A stretch of 64,000 nucleotides of DNA from positions 57,321-121,320 of the forward strand of contig CAVQIA010000011.1 in NCBI GenBank assembly GCA_963712475.1, given 5' to 3'. Below are positions 28,452 to 41,747 of this stretch, one piece after another (within the stretch, counting starts at the first letter, position 1; the number at the start of each line of letters is the position of its first letter). The DNA comes from an uncultured Chloroflexia bacterium (GTDB taxonomy: Bacteria > Chloroflexota > Anaerolineae > Anaerolineales > RBG-16-64-43). Under the pieces are notes generated by a model. It searched no databases and was not told the origin of the DNA. It saw nothing but the letters and a program-made list of their open reading frames with translations. The position numbers and the translations under genes were made by a program.

Positions 28452-28533
28452 ATTCTAGCACGCAATCCGCATACAGTCAATATTCTTTATATTTATCACA
28501 ATTATTGACGAATCTGGCCTAGCGTGCTATAAT
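28452..28533. promoter_or_regulatory. Back-to-back sigma70 promoters for sufR (-) and sufC (+)
   Basis: + strand TTGACG(28505)-N17-TATAAT(28528); - strand TTGACT(28480)-N17-TAGAAT(28457); AT-rich spacer between them. Confidence 0.85.
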
Positions 28534-28604
28534 GCCCGACAAGTTCCGGCTGGAGAGCCCACATTCCCGGAGGTCAAGCCAGCCGGCGGGAGAATGAGAG
28601 CAGG

Positions 28605-29387
28605 ATGGCATCCGTCCTCGAAATCAAGAACCTGCATGTCAGCATCGGTGAGCGCTCGATCCTGAAGGGCGTTAACCTGGTCGTGTCTCAGGGCGAGACG
28701 CACGCGCTGATGGGGCCGAACGGCACAGGCAAGTCGACGTTGGCCTACACCTTGATGGGTCACCCCAGCTACACCGTTACGGCGGGTGAGGCTCTTTTCA
28801 AGGGTGTGAACATCCTGGAGCTGGCCCCGGACGAGCGGGCGCGCTTGGGGCTGTTCCTGGCGTTCCAGTATCCGGTGGCCATCCCCGGCGTTTCGGTGGC
28901 CAACTTCCTGCGCGCAGCGATCAACGCCCGGCGTCGCGCGGCGAACCCGCAGGACAAGGGCATTACGGTTCCCGAGTTCCGCAAGCAGCTCAAGTCGAAG
29001 ATGGAACTGCTCGAGGTGCCGCCGGATTTTGCCGCGCGCTACCTCAACGATGGGTTCTCCGGCGGCGAGAAGAAGCGCGCCGAGATTCTGCAAATGGCCG
29101 TGCTCGAACCGGAGATCGCCATCCTCGACGAAACCGACTCAGGGTTGGATATCGACGCGCTGCGTGTTGTGGCCACGGGTGTCAACACGCTGAGCGGGCC
29201 GACCATGGGCGTTCTGGTCATCACACACTATCAACGCATACTCAACTACATCAAGCCCGACGTGGTGCACGTGATGTACGGCGGGCGCATCGTGGAATCC
29301 GGCGGCGCAGACTTGGCCCTGCGCCTGGAAGAGCACGGGTACGACTGGATCAAGGAGCGTCACGCGGAACTGGCCAAGGAGGGATAG
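28605..29387 (+). CDS. sufC: Fe-S cluster assembly ATPase SufC
   Basis: [37 protein letters not shown]. Confidence 0.97.
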   Translation: MASVLEIKNLHVSIGERSILKGVNLVVSQGETHALMGPNGTGKSTLAYTLMGHPSYTVTAGEALFKGVNILELAPDERARLGLFLAFQYPVAIPGVSVANFLRAAINARRRAANPQDKGITVPEFRKQLKSKMELLEVPPDFAARYLNDGFSGGEKKRAEILQMAVLEPEIAILDETDSGLDIDALRVVATGVNTLSGPTMGVLVITHYQRILNYIKPDVVHVMYGGRIVESGGADLALRLEEHGYDWIKERHAELAKEG

Positions 29388-30797
29388 ATGGCTGGCAGCG
29401 ACTCTCGCCTGCTCGAAAAGCTAGGCGAATATCGGTATGGGTTCAACGACCCCGAGCAGTACGTCTACAAGTCGGGCAAGGGCCTCAGCCGGGAGGTGGT
29501 GCAGGAGATCTCCTCCCAGAAGGGTGAGCCGGAATGGATGCTCGCCTATCGCCTGAAGGCACTTGAGCACTTCCTGCAGCGGCCCACGCCCACTTGGGGC
29601 GGCAACCTGGCGGGGTTGAATTTCGACGAGATCTACTACTACGTTCGGCCGTCGGAGGCCTCCAGCGGCACTTGGGAAGATGTGCCCGATACCATCAAGA
29701 AGACATTCGACCGGCTAGGCATCCCGGAGGCTGAGCGCAAGTTCCTGGCGGGCGTCGGCGCCCAGTACGAATCCGAGATGGTCTACCACAGTATCCAGGA
29801 GCACCTCGAGAAGCAGGGGGTCTTGTTCCTCTCGAGCGATGACGGGTTGAAGAAGCACCCCGAGATCTTCAAGCAGTACTTTGGCACGGTGGTGCCTTAC
29901 AGCGACAACAAGTTCGCGGCGGTCAACAGCGCCTGCTGGTCGGGCGGTTCGTTCGTCTATATCCCGGCCGGGGTGCACGTGGACCTGCCTTTGCAGGCTT
30001 ACTTCCGCCTCAACAGCCAGAGCATGGGCCAGTTCGAGCGGACGCTGATCATCGCCGAGGAAGGCTCGTACGTCCACTACGTGGAGGGCTGCACCGCGCC
30101 GATCTACTCCAAGGACTCCTTCCACAGCGGGGTGATCGAGATCATCGTTAAGAAAGGCGCGCGTGTACGTTACACGACCATTCAGAACTGGTCGACGAAC
30201 GTTTACAACCTGGTGACCCAGCGGGCCGTGGTTCACGAGAACGCGACCATGGAGTGGGTGGATGCCAACCTGGGCAGCAAGCTGACAATGAAGTATCCCT
30301 CCTGCTATCTGGTTGGGGAGGGGGCTCACGGCGAGATCCTCTCAATGGCGTTTGCGGGCGACGGCCAGCATCAAGATGCGGGCGGCAAGGTGATCCATGC
30401 CGCGCCTCACACGACAAGCAAGGTCACTTCGAAATCGATCAGCAAGGGCGGCGGGCGGGCGAGTTATCGCGGGCTGCTCAAGGTCTACAAGGGTGCGGTG
30501 GGCTCTAAGTCGAACGTGGTCTGCGATGCGCTGCTGCTCAGCCCGGAGGCCCGCACCGACACCTATCCGACGATCGAGATTGATGAGGACGATGTTTCGA
30601 TCGGGCACGAGGCGACCGTGAGCAAGGTGGGTGAAGAGCAGCTGTTCTACCTCACCAGCCGCGGGCTTTCGAAGGAAGAAGCGACGACCATGGTGGTCTC
30701 GGGCTTCATCGAACCGCTGGTCAAAGAACTCCCGATGGAGTATGCCATCGAGATGAACCGGCTGATCCAGCTCCAGATGGAAGGATCGGTCGGCTAG
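29388..30797 (+). CDS. sufB: Fe-S cluster assembly protein SufB
   Basis: [50 protein letters not shown] end. Confidence 0.97.
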   Translation: MAGSDSRLLEKLGEYRYGFNDPEQYVYKSGKGLSREVVQEISSQKGEPEWMLAYRLKALEHFLQRPTPTWGGNLAGLNFDEIYYYVRPSEASSGTWEDVPDTIKKTFDRLGIPEAERKFLAGVGAQYESEMVYHSIQEHLEKQGVLFLSSDDGLKKHPEIFKQYFGTVVPYSDNKFAAVNSACWSGGSFVYIPAGVHVDLPLQAYFRLNSQSMGQFERTLIIAEEGSYVHYVEGCTAPIYSKDSFHSGVIEIIVKKGARVRYTTIQNWSTNVYNLVTQRAVVHENATMEWVDANLGSKLTMKYPSCYLVGEGAHGEILSMAFAGDGQHQDAGGKVIHAAPHTTSKVTSKSISKGGGRASYRGLLKVYKGAVGSKSNVVCDALLLSPEARTDTYPTIEIDEDDVSIGHEATVSKVGEEQLFYLTSRGLSKEEATTMVVSGFIEPLVKELPMEYAIEMNRLIQLQMEGSVG

Positions 30798-30830
30798 TTC
30801 ACGTCGGCTCGAGGCCCGAGAGGACGACGA

Positions 30831-32204
30831 ATGCAGGAACGGGTTGTCATCCGCACCGACCGCGCGGGGCCTCGCACGCCCGCCGCGGCCAAAGATGCCG
30901 CCTATTCAGTGGCGCAGGTCGAATCGATCGCGCGCGGGCAGGGCGAGCCTGGTTGGTTGGCGGATCGCCGGCGTGAGGCGCTGCGTCAGTATCGCGAGCT
31001 GCCCTTGCCCTCCGCAACCGATGAGGCTTGGCGGCGCACCGATCTGGCCGGGCTGCGGCTGGATGAGCTCGAGCTGAACGCGCTCGGCGTTCCGGGGCGC
31101 ACGAAACGCGCCCCCGCCGACTTGCTGAAACCGCTGCTGGGCAAAGCCCACGGCGGGCAAATCGTCTTCGGGGATCTCGAGCCGGCGATGACCCCCCTGG
31201 CTCCCGAGCTCATTGCGCAGGGTGTGATCTTCCTGCCCATGGCCGAGGCGGCACGGACGCACGGCGAGCTGGTACAGAAATACTTGGGCCAGGTGGTCAA
31301 GCCGGGTGAGGGCAAATTCGCCGCACTGGTTGCGGCGCTGGGCGATGTCGGCGCGTTTGCCTATGTCCCCAAGGGCGTTCAAGCGGAGCTGCCTCTGCAT
31401 TCCGTGTGCTGGACCACTCCCAACGGGTTGCGCGGGTGGCGGCTGTTGGTGGTGGTGGATGAGGGCGCTGCCCTGACCTACGTGCATGAGAACGCCTCGC
31501 CGGATGGGCGCGACGCGAGCCTGCGCGCCGGAACGGTGGAGCTCGTCGTGCACAAGGATTCCACATTGCGCTTCGTCGAGTTCCAATCGTGGGGCAGCAA
31601 CGTCTGGAACATCACGCACGAGCGTGGCCAGGTGCACGACGGTGCGACGCTGGAATGGATCTTCGGCGGCACAGGCAGCCGCCTGACGAAGACCTTCACC
31701 ACGCTGGACCTGCTGGGCACGGGCGCCACCGGGCGCATGTCCGGCTTCTACTTCGCCGACGGCGTGCAACACCTGGATCATGACACGCAGCAGAACCATT
31801 ACGCCCCGCACACCACGAGCGACCTCTTGTTCAAAGGCGCCCTCAAGGGGCACAGCCGCTCGGTGTGGCAGGGGATGATCTTCGTGGCGCATGGCGCAGA
31901 GAAAGCGGATGGGTACCAGGCCAATCGCAACCTGATCCTCTCCAAGAACTCCCGCGCCGATTCGATCCCGGGCCTGGAGATCCTGGCGGACGACGTGCGC
32001 TGTACGCACGGAGCCACAGTCGGTCAGTTGGATGAGGAGGAAGTGTTCTATTTGATGACGCGTGGGGTGCCGCGACCGGAGGCCGAACGCGTCGTCGTGG
32101 ATGGTTTCTTCGACACGATCATGCAGCGTATTCCCTTCGAGGGCGTCCGACGCCGACTGCGCTCCGCTATCGATGCTAAAATGGGCGCTTCGGTTCGGGG
32201 CTAG
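30831..32204 (+). CDS. sufD: Fe-S cluster assembly protein SufD
   Basis: EAWRRTD, PGLEILADDVRCTHGATVG, FYLMTRG. Confidence 0.95.
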   Translation: MQERVVIRTDRAGPRTPAAAKDAAYSVAQVESIARGQGEPGWLADRRREALRQYRELPLPSATDEAWRRTDLAGLRLDELELNALGVPGRTKRAPADLLKPLLGKAHGGQIVFGDLEPAMTPLAPELIAQGVIFLPMAEAARTHGELVQKYLGQVVKPGEGKFAALVAALGDVGAFAYVPKGVQAELPLHSVCWTTPNGLRGWRLLVVVDEGAALTYVHENASPDGRDASLRAGTVELVVHKDSTLRFVEFQSWGSNVWNITHERGQVHDGATLEWIFGGTGSRLTKTFTTLDLLGTGATGRMSGFYFADGVQHLDHDTQQNHYAPHTTSDLLFKGALKGHSRSVWQGMIFVAHGAEKADGYQANRNLILSKNSRADSIPGLEILADDVRCTHGATVGQLDEEEVFYLMTRGVPRPEAERVVVDGFFDTIMQRIPFEGVRRRLRSAIDAKMGASVRG

Positions 32205-32215
32205 AAGGGGGGAGA

Positions 32216-32536
32216 ATGAATTCTCGTCGCGAACCTCATGGCAAGCCGGAAGCCCCGGCCAAGACGATCGTATCGACCTTCGCCATCGGTGAGACGGTGG
32301 AGGTCATGTGCGATCACAAACGCAGCGGGCGGCGCGTGCGCGATTGGGTGGAGGGTGTGATCGTCCACGCCGATGGCCGCATGACCGCCGTCCAGTTCCG
32401 CAGCGACGTATACCTGACGGACGGCTGGATGGTCCCCGACCGCATCCTGTGGTTCACGCGCGGCTCAGAGAAGATCCGCTCGGTGAGGCGCCGCGCGCGT
32501 GCGCGATTGGTGCGCACCAGCAGGCGCCGCAACTGA
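32216..32536 (+). CDS. Small basic hypothetical protein inside the suf operon
   Basis: GGGGGAG RBS; fills the sufD-sufS gap; FAIGETVEVMCDH...WVEGVI...AVQF...YLTDGW pattern. Confidence 0.75.
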   Translation: MNSRREPHGKPEAPAKTIVSTFAIGETVEVMCDHKRSGRRVRDWVEGVIVHADGRMTAVQFRSDVYLTDGWMVPDRILWFTRGSEKIRSVRRRARARLVRTSRRRN

Positions 32537-32564
32537 GCGGCGCCTTGGCCCGCTCAAGGACATC

Positions 32565-33812
32565 ATGACCCAGGCCACTCGATCCCCCGCGCTGGATGTG
32601 CTCCGCCTGCGTGAGCAATTCCCAGTTCTCGCGCGCGAGATGAAACCCGGCGTACCGCTGGTGTATCTCAATTCGACGGCCACCTCGCAGAAGCCGCTGG
32701 CCGTGATCGAGGCCATGCAGGATTTCTACCGGAACCGCAATTCCAACATCCACCGCGGAGTGTATCAATTGGCCGAGGAAGCCACGGCCATGTATGAGGC
32801 TGCCCGCGCGCGCGTGGCCGCCTTCATCGGCGCCGCGGAACCCGCCGAGATCATATTCACCCGCAATACGACAGAGTTGATCAACCTGGTGATGCGCACC
32901 TGGGCCCAATCCACCCTGGCCGCAGGCGATACGATCGTCCTCACCGAAATGGAGCATCACTCGAACATCGTGCCGTGGCAGATGCTGGCGGCGGAGAAAG
33001 ACCTGGTGCTGGAATTCGTGCCGGTCAGCGACGAGGGGCTCCTGGTGCAGCCGATGTATCAGAAGTTGCTCGAGCGCCGCCCCAAGCTGGTGGCTCTGGG
33101 GCACATGTCGAACGTGCTGGGCACGATCAACCCGGTGGCTGAGATGGCCCGCCAGGCCCACGCGGTTGGGGCGGTGGTACTGGTCGATGGCGCGCAGTCG
33201 GTGCCTCACATGAAAGTGAATGTGCGCGAATTGGGGGCCGATTTTCTTGCGTTCTCCTCGCACAAGATGTGCGGCCCGACCGGTGTGGGCATCCTGTACG
33301 GCCGGCGCGAACTGCTCGAGAAGATGCCGCCTTTCCTGGGCGGGGGCGACATGATCCGCAGAGTGCGGCTGCACGAGTTCAGCACCAATGAGATCCCACA
33401 TAAGTTCGAGGCCGGCACGCCGGCGATTGCGGAGGCCATCGGGCTGGGCGCGGCGATCGAGTTCCTGGAAGCGGCCGGTATGGATGCGATCCATGCCCAC
33501 GAGCAAGACCTGATCGCCTACGCCCTGGACCGGCTGAGCGAGGTGCCAGGCCTGCGCGTGTACGGTCCCGCGCCGGCGCTGCGCGGTGGGGTGGCCTCCT
33601 TTGTGATGCAGGCGGCCCACCCGCACGACATCGCCCAGATCCTGGATGCCGACGGGGTGGCGGTGCGCGCCGGGCATCATTGTGCCATGCCGCTGCACGA
33701 GCGATACGGAATCATGGCCACCACCCGCGCCTCCTTCTATCTTTACAACACGCGCGAGGATGTCGACCGGCTTGTGACCGCGGTCCAGAAAGTCAACGAT
33801 ATCTTCGCCTGA
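32565..33812 (+). CDS. sufS: Cysteine desulfurase SufS
   Basis: YLNSTATSQKP, MEHHSN, SSHKMCGPTG, FEAGTP, RAGHHCA. Confidence 0.96.
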   Translation: MTQATRSPALDVLRLREQFPVLAREMKPGVPLVYLNSTATSQKPLAVIEAMQDFYRNRNSNIHRGVYQLAEEATAMYEAARARVAAFIGAAEPAEIIFTRNTTELINLVMRTWAQSTLAAGDTIVLTEMEHHSNIVPWQMLAAEKDLVLEFVPVSDEGLLVQPMYQKLLERRPKLVALGHMSNVLGTINPVAEMARQAHAVGAVVLVDGAQSVPHMKVNVRELGADFLAFSSHKMCGPTGVGILYGRRELLEKMPPFLGGGDMIRRVRLHEFSTNEIPHKFEAGTPAIAEAIGLGAAIEFLEAAGMDAIHAHEQDLIAYALDRLSEVPGLRVYGPAPALRGGVASFVMQAAHPHDIAQILDADGVAVRAGHHCAMPLHERYGIMATTRASFYLYNTREDVDRLVTAVQKVNDIFA

Positions 33813-33832
33813 AGCGAGAGTACGCCAACCCC

Positions 33833-34222
33833 ATGGACGACCTGTATCGAGAGCAGATCATCGATCACTACAAGAATCCCCGCATGAAGGGGACCCTCGA
33901 CCCGCACGACATCTCGTACGAGGACGACAACCCGCTGTGCGGCGATCGTCTGCGAATCGATGTGCGGATCGGGGCCGACGGCCGTGTGTCGGAGGCGGCC
34001 TTCTCCGGGCAGGGCTGTGCGATCTCGCAGGCCTCGGCGGACCTGCTCACGGAATCCATCATCGGCAAGTCGCTCGACGAGATCCGAGCGATCGGCAAGG
34101 ACGACATCCTGGAGATGCTTGGTATCGAACTCTCGCCCGTTCGCCTGAAGTGCGCGCTACTTTCGCTCAAGGTGCTCAAAGCGGGAGCGTACGGACTGGC
34201 CGAAGTGCGCGACCTCGAGTAG
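33833..34222 (+). CDS. sufU: SufU/IscU-type scaffold or sulfur acceptor
   Basis: LYREQIIDHYKNPR, NPLCGD, GCAISQAS, RLKCALL. Confidence 0.93.
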   Translation: MDDLYREQIIDHYKNPRMKGTLDPHDISYEDDNPLCGDRLRIDVRIGADGRVSEAAFSGQGCAISQASADLLTESIIGKSLDEIRAIGKDDILEMLGIELSPVRLKCALLSLKVLKAGAYGLAEVRDLE

Positions 34223-34262
34223 CCCATCCTCCCACCCCGCCATTCATCGAAGGCTACGCATC

Positions 34263-34610
34263 ATGTTCAACTACCTCACATTGAAACACGATCAAGTGCA
34301 GTACGTCTCGATCGGCCCGCTCGCCGATTTCACCGAGGGCGCGCGGTGGCTGTTCGAGATCGACGGACAACCGATTGCGCTGCTGCGTATCGCCGGCGAG
34401 TACTACGCCATCGCCGACGTGTGCACGCACGATCAGGGCCCCGTGGGAGAGGGCGATGTGGAGGGATTCGAGATCGAGTGCCCGCGCCACGGCGCGCGCT
34501 TCGACGTCCGCACGGGCAAGGCCCTCTTGCTGCCCGCAGTGGTCGACATCCCGGCCTACCCCGTGCGCGTGCATGAGGGCCAATTGCAGATCGGGCTGCC
34601 CACGGGCTGA
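34263..34610 (+). CDS. Rieske-type [2Fe-2S] ferredoxin
   Basis: CTH...ECPRHGARFD. Confidence 0.93.
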   Translation: MFNYLTLKHDQVQYVSIGPLADFTEGARWLFEIDGQPIALLRIAGEYYAIADVCTHDQGPVGEGDVEGFEIECPRHGARFDVRTGKALLLPAVVDIPAYPVRVHEGQLQIGLPTG

Positions 34611-34832
34611 CGCCCGGTGGCGCTTTCCTTCCGCTGGTGAATTCATGCCGCGTGGCTGAGCTACGCGGCATGTCATTTAAGTTCACGCTGGGAGGAAAGC
34701 CTGGCGAGGGGTTACATCACGCGTGATGCGGGAGTGACGCGTGTCATCATGTCTCAAGAGGGTATCATGGTAAAATCTCGCGATTCGCTCCGGGACGCAA
34801 GCCATCATAGATCTCAGAGAAGGAGCACAGGC

Positions 34833-37584
<2,752 letters not shown>

Positions 37585-37600
37585 ACTCTGGCTGGGACGC

Positions 37601-37630
37601 AAAGGCCCCGACCGTCGGTCGGGGCCTTTT
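37601..37630. terminator. Bidirectional intrinsic terminator
   Basis: AAAGGCCCCGACC-GTC-GGTCGGGGCCTTTT between convergent ppdK and HNH genes. Confidence 0.85.
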
Positions 37631-37658
37631 GATTCCCAGTCGGCGCGAGTTCGCGCCG

Positions 37659-38162
37659 TTACCAGCCGTTCAGGTAGTCGGTCCACTCCTGGTTATGGTC
37701 GAGGTGGCGGCCAAACAGGTAGCGTGCCGTGGCCGGGGGTTCACGCGGAGCGCGCTGCAGGCGCATGTGAGCCTCGTCGATCGTGCGGCCGCCCTTGCGC
37801 CGGTTGCACGGAGGGCAGGCCGCCACCAGGTTGGCCCAGGAGTGGTTGCCCCCCTTGTGGCGCGGAATCACATGGTCGATCGTGAGATGCACGGTTTGCC
37901 GCCCGCAGTACTGGCAGGTGAACTCATCCCGGCGGAAGACCTCGCGCTTGGAGAGGCGCACGCGCGGGTGGGGGCGGCGGATCATCTTTTGAAGTTGAAT
38001 GACAGAGGGGCGCGGGTATGAGAGACGAACCGTATGCACGTAGCCGCGGCCGTTGGCCACCAAGCGCGCCTTGCCGCCGACGATCAGGTTAAGCGCACGC
38101 CGCGTTTCACACACATGCAGGGGCTCGAAATTCGCATTGAGCACTAACACCAACCCGTTCAC
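37659..38162 (-). CDS. HNH endonuclease (solitary McrA-like)
   Basis: VLVLNANFEPL, RDEFTCQYCG, TIDHVIPR, WANLVAACPPCNRRKG. Confidence 0.92.
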   Translation of the reverse strand: MNGLVLVLNANFEPLHVCETRRALNLIVGGKARLVANGRGYVHTVRLSYPRPSVIQLQKMIRRPHPRVRLSKREVFRRDEFTCQYCGRQTVHLTIDHVIPRHKGGNHSWANLVAACPPCNRRKGGRTIDEAHMRLQRAPREPPATARYLFGRHLDHNQEWTDYLNGW

Positions 38163-38310
38163 GCCCGCCTCCGGTATTTCGCGGGAGTATAGCACTCTCG
38201 GCAACTGGCCGACAAGAGCCTCCCCCCTGCGCGGCGCGCGGCGGCCCTCGACCAGCCTCCCAGGTGATCACGATCGTGGCAGAGTGGTTCGCGGGATGAG
38301 CCGCATGCGG

Positions 38311-39479
38311 CTAGGTGTAACGCTTGCGCACCTCGGCGCTCAGGAAATCCAGCGCCCACACGACGATGACGATGGCCCAGATGGCTGTGCCTGCCTTTTG
38401 ATACTCGAGAACGTTGATGCGCTGGCTGAGGTAGTAGCCGATGCCGCCGCCGCCGACGAAACCGATGATCGTGGAGATGCGCACGTTGATGTCCCAGTGG
38501 TAGATGATGAAGGAGAGGAAATCCGGGATGATCTGCGGCACGACGCCGTAGACGCACCACCTGGGCGGGGTGGCGCCGGTGGCCGGCGATGGCCTCGATC
38601 GGGACCCGGGTCGATGCTCTCCACGGCCTCGGAGAACATCTTGCCCAGCGAGGCGATGGTGACGATCGTCAGCGCCAGCACTCCGGCAAAGGGCACCGAA
38701 GCCGACGATCAGGGCGAAGATCGTGGCCATCACCAGCGGCTCGTAGGAGCGGATGATGTTGAGGAAGGAGCGCGTGAGGTAGTAGATCGCCGTCCCGTAG
38801 CAGGCTGCGGCCCGGTGATGTTGCTGGCGGCCAGGAAGCTGAGCGGCGCGGCCACGATCGTGCCGATCGTGGTCGCCAGCAGGGCCATGAAGATCGTGAC
38901 CAACATGGCGTTGATCACGTCGCTGCAGGGCCTGGCTGGGCGTGGAGCGGCCGACGGGAGCGAGCGTCTCGACCTGCAGGCGGCCGGCATCGCCATCCTT
39001 GGTGGCGGCGATCGGGCGAGCCTGGATTTCGCCGGGAACGAGCCCTGGGCATCGGTCTGGGTATGCGCTCGATCGGTCAGCGTGTCCCGTCGGCAGGCGC
39101 CAGCGCATGCGCGACGTTGCTGCTTGGCCGCCAGGTCGATGCCCCTCGACGCTGAAGGTCTCACGTGGCTTCGCACGCACGGCCTGGTGCAGCTGACAGA
39201 CGGACCGCTGGTGGCCGGGTACGCTTCCGGCTCGGCGACTGCCGCACGGGATGGGGAAGGCGCGATCTCGATGCAGCGTGATCTGCGTCTCGCGTTCGAC
39301 CAGATCGGGCCGCAGAAAGTCGCGGAGGATCTGCTCGCCTTGGGCGCGGCGACGATCAGCTTGAGGAAATCGGGCTGGGTCACCCGCCAGCTCAGACCGT
39401 AGGCGGCCGCCAGGGCCACGAGCACGAAGATCCATCTCAACGCGTGCCAGCAACGAGGCGAGGAGCTTCGCGGCTTCAT
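38311..39479 (-). CDS. phnE: PhnE-type ABC permease 2, multiple frameshifts
   Basis: PLSFLAASN, RSYEPLV, LGKMFSEAVE, YHWDINVRISTIIGFVGGGGIG across frames. Confidence 0.8.
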
Positions 39480-39480
39480 G

Positions 39481-40900
39481 CTAGACCAGCCTTTCGCGCA
39501 CGCGTGGCGCTGAGGAAATCCAGAGGATCATGACGACGACGGCGATGGCAATGAAGCCGCGCTGACCGCCCGGTAATCGCCTGAGCACGATCCACTGCCA
39601 CAGGTAGAAGCCGATCCCGCCGCCGCCGACGAAGCCGATGATCGTCGAGGAGCGCACGTTGATGTCCCAGCGGTAGATGGTGAAGGCGGTGAAGGGCGGG
39701 ACGATCTGCGGGATGACGCGCGTAGCGCACAACCTGCGACCAGTTGGCGCCCGTGGCGCGGATCGGCCTCGATCGGGCCCGGGTCGATCCCTTCGATCAC
39801 TTCGGAATACAGCTTGGCCAGCGCGGCGACCGTGTGCACGGTCAGCGCCAGCATGCCCGGCGAACGGGCCCAGGCCGACGATGACCACGAAGACAATGGC
39901 GATGATCAGGGCTTCGATCGAGCGGACGATGTTGAGGATCGTCCGCACGATGACGTAAATGGCACATGGTGACCGGGTTGCCGCCCATCAGGTTGCGGGC
40001 CGCCAGGAAGCTGATCGGCAGGGCCAGCAGCGGCGCCCAGGGTGGTGGCCATCAGCGCCATGGCCAGGGTCTCGTAGATCCCCTGGACGACGTAGCGGCC
40101 GTTACGCGAGATCTCGATGCCGCCGATCTGGCCGCGCTGGTCGAAGTAGATGCGGTGGCTTGAGCGGCATGGTCGGATCGGGCATTGCATCAGGCGCGCT
40201 GGGCACGCGGATGGCGCCGTGATCATGCCCGCCTGCGTCGGTGGTCACGATCAGCATGGCGTTGTTTTCGCCGCCCAGCGAGCTTGATCGTCGCCGATCG
40301 GGGTCTCCCAACAGATCTCGGTGGACGTCGTCGGGCCACAGCCCGTCGACGGAGACGATCAGCGTCTCGCTCACGCCGGCGCAGTCCGGGGTAGCGAATG
40401 CAGGGTGACGCCGTCCTGACCGTGTGCTCGGCCGCGGGCGGAGCCTGAGTCGAGCAGGGGACCGGTGATCGCGCACCCAGCCCTGGCGGCTCATTCGGTG
40501 CGGGCGGTCAACGAAGTCGGGATGCAGCATCGGGCGGAGCACTGAGCGTGGCCCGCTCGGAGTTCTCGATGAAGGCGCTGAAGTCGATCTCGACCACCTG
40601 CCAGCCGATGCCGTAGGCCGTCGCCAGCCCGACAGCAAGGCGGCCACCAGAACGGACGCCGCCGCGCGGCCAGTGCGCGGCATCCCAGATGTTCCAGAGC
40701 CATAGATCGCAGCCGGCGCGAGACCAGCCGGATTGCCGTACCAGAGCCACCATCCGGTCGTCACCAGCAGTGGCCGATCAGGATGACGCCCGCGCGATAG
40801 CCATTGCCGGGCGCAGACCTGCCCCAGGCCGGGGATCAGCGCAGACAGAACCAACGGCCAGCGAGGCGCGAGCGTCCTGGCGGACGTTGCTCGGCGTCAT
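39481..40900 (-). CDS. phnE: PhnE-type ABC permease 1 with N-terminal extension, multiple frameshifts
   Basis: ETLAMALMAT, RSIEAL, LAKLYSEVIE, YRWDINVRSSTIIGFVGGGGIG. Confidence 0.78.
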
Positions 40901-41675
40901 GCCGCCTCCAACGAGGTGGCACGCACTTCCTGAGCCTCCTCGCCGTAGATCTCTTTGAATTGCGCGCGGTCGATCTCCTGCGGCAGGCCTTCGAAGACCT
41001 TGACGCCGTCCTTGAGGGCGATGACGCGCGTGGCGTAGCGATGGACGAGGTCCAGGAAGTGCAGGCTGCAGATGACCGTCATGCCGTCTTCTTGTTCAGC
41101 TGTTCGAGATACTGCAGGATGGAATGCGACAGGACCGGGTCGAGGCTGGCGACCGGCTCGTCGGCCAGGATGCATGCGCGGCTCCTGCATCAGGGCGCGC
41201 GCAATGCCCACACGCTGCTGCTGGCCGCCGGAGAGCGCATCGGCGCGGCTGTCCGCCTTGTCGGCGATGCCCACTCGCTCGAGGGCACTGCATGGCGCGC
41301 TGCTTCTCGCTCGGCGGCCAGATGCCCGAGCATGGAGAGCCAGGGGTTGGCGTATCCCAGCCGCCCGCTGAGCACGTTGGTCATCACGCTCGAGCGCTTG
41401 ACCAGGTTGAACTGCTGGAAGACCATGCCGATGCTCGCGGCGGATGTGGCGCAGTTCGGCCTGGAGACGCCGCGGTGACGTCGACATCGTCCCAGAGGAT
41501 CTTCCCGGAGGTCGGATCGATCAGCCGGTTGATGCAGCGCAGGAGGGTGGACTTGCCCGATCCGGACAGGCCGATCACGACCAGGAACTCGCCGTCGGTC
41601 ACCTCGAAGCTGACATCCTTCAGCGCCACGGTCCCGCTCGGATAGATCTTGGTCAGAGTTCTGGACTCGGAGCAC
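40897..41675 (-). CDS. phnC: PhnC-type ABC ATPase, frameshifted
   Basis: [49 protein letters not shown]. Confidence 0.88.
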
Positions 41676-41747
41676 GGGGCACTCTCCCGGGGCGAGGGCG
41701 GGATGAGAAGAGAGGGAGGAACTCCCTCTCTCCTCGGTGGAACGGAT

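Noticed and set aside
28465-28474. ATCCGCATAC shared between the sufR promoter and the ArsR palindrome (11226-11235)
   Set aside because: A single 10-mer match in 64 kb can occur by chance, and no second half-site is present at sufR.
34770-34810. GGGACGCAAGCC upstream of ppdK as a c-di-GMP-I riboswitch
   Set aside because: The P1 GNRA stem and P2 receptor stem are missing; a short motif alone is insufficient.
37659-38162. HNH nuclease as a defence or homing system
   Set aside because: Common solitary family with host-like codon usage and no partner gene, intron or repeat.
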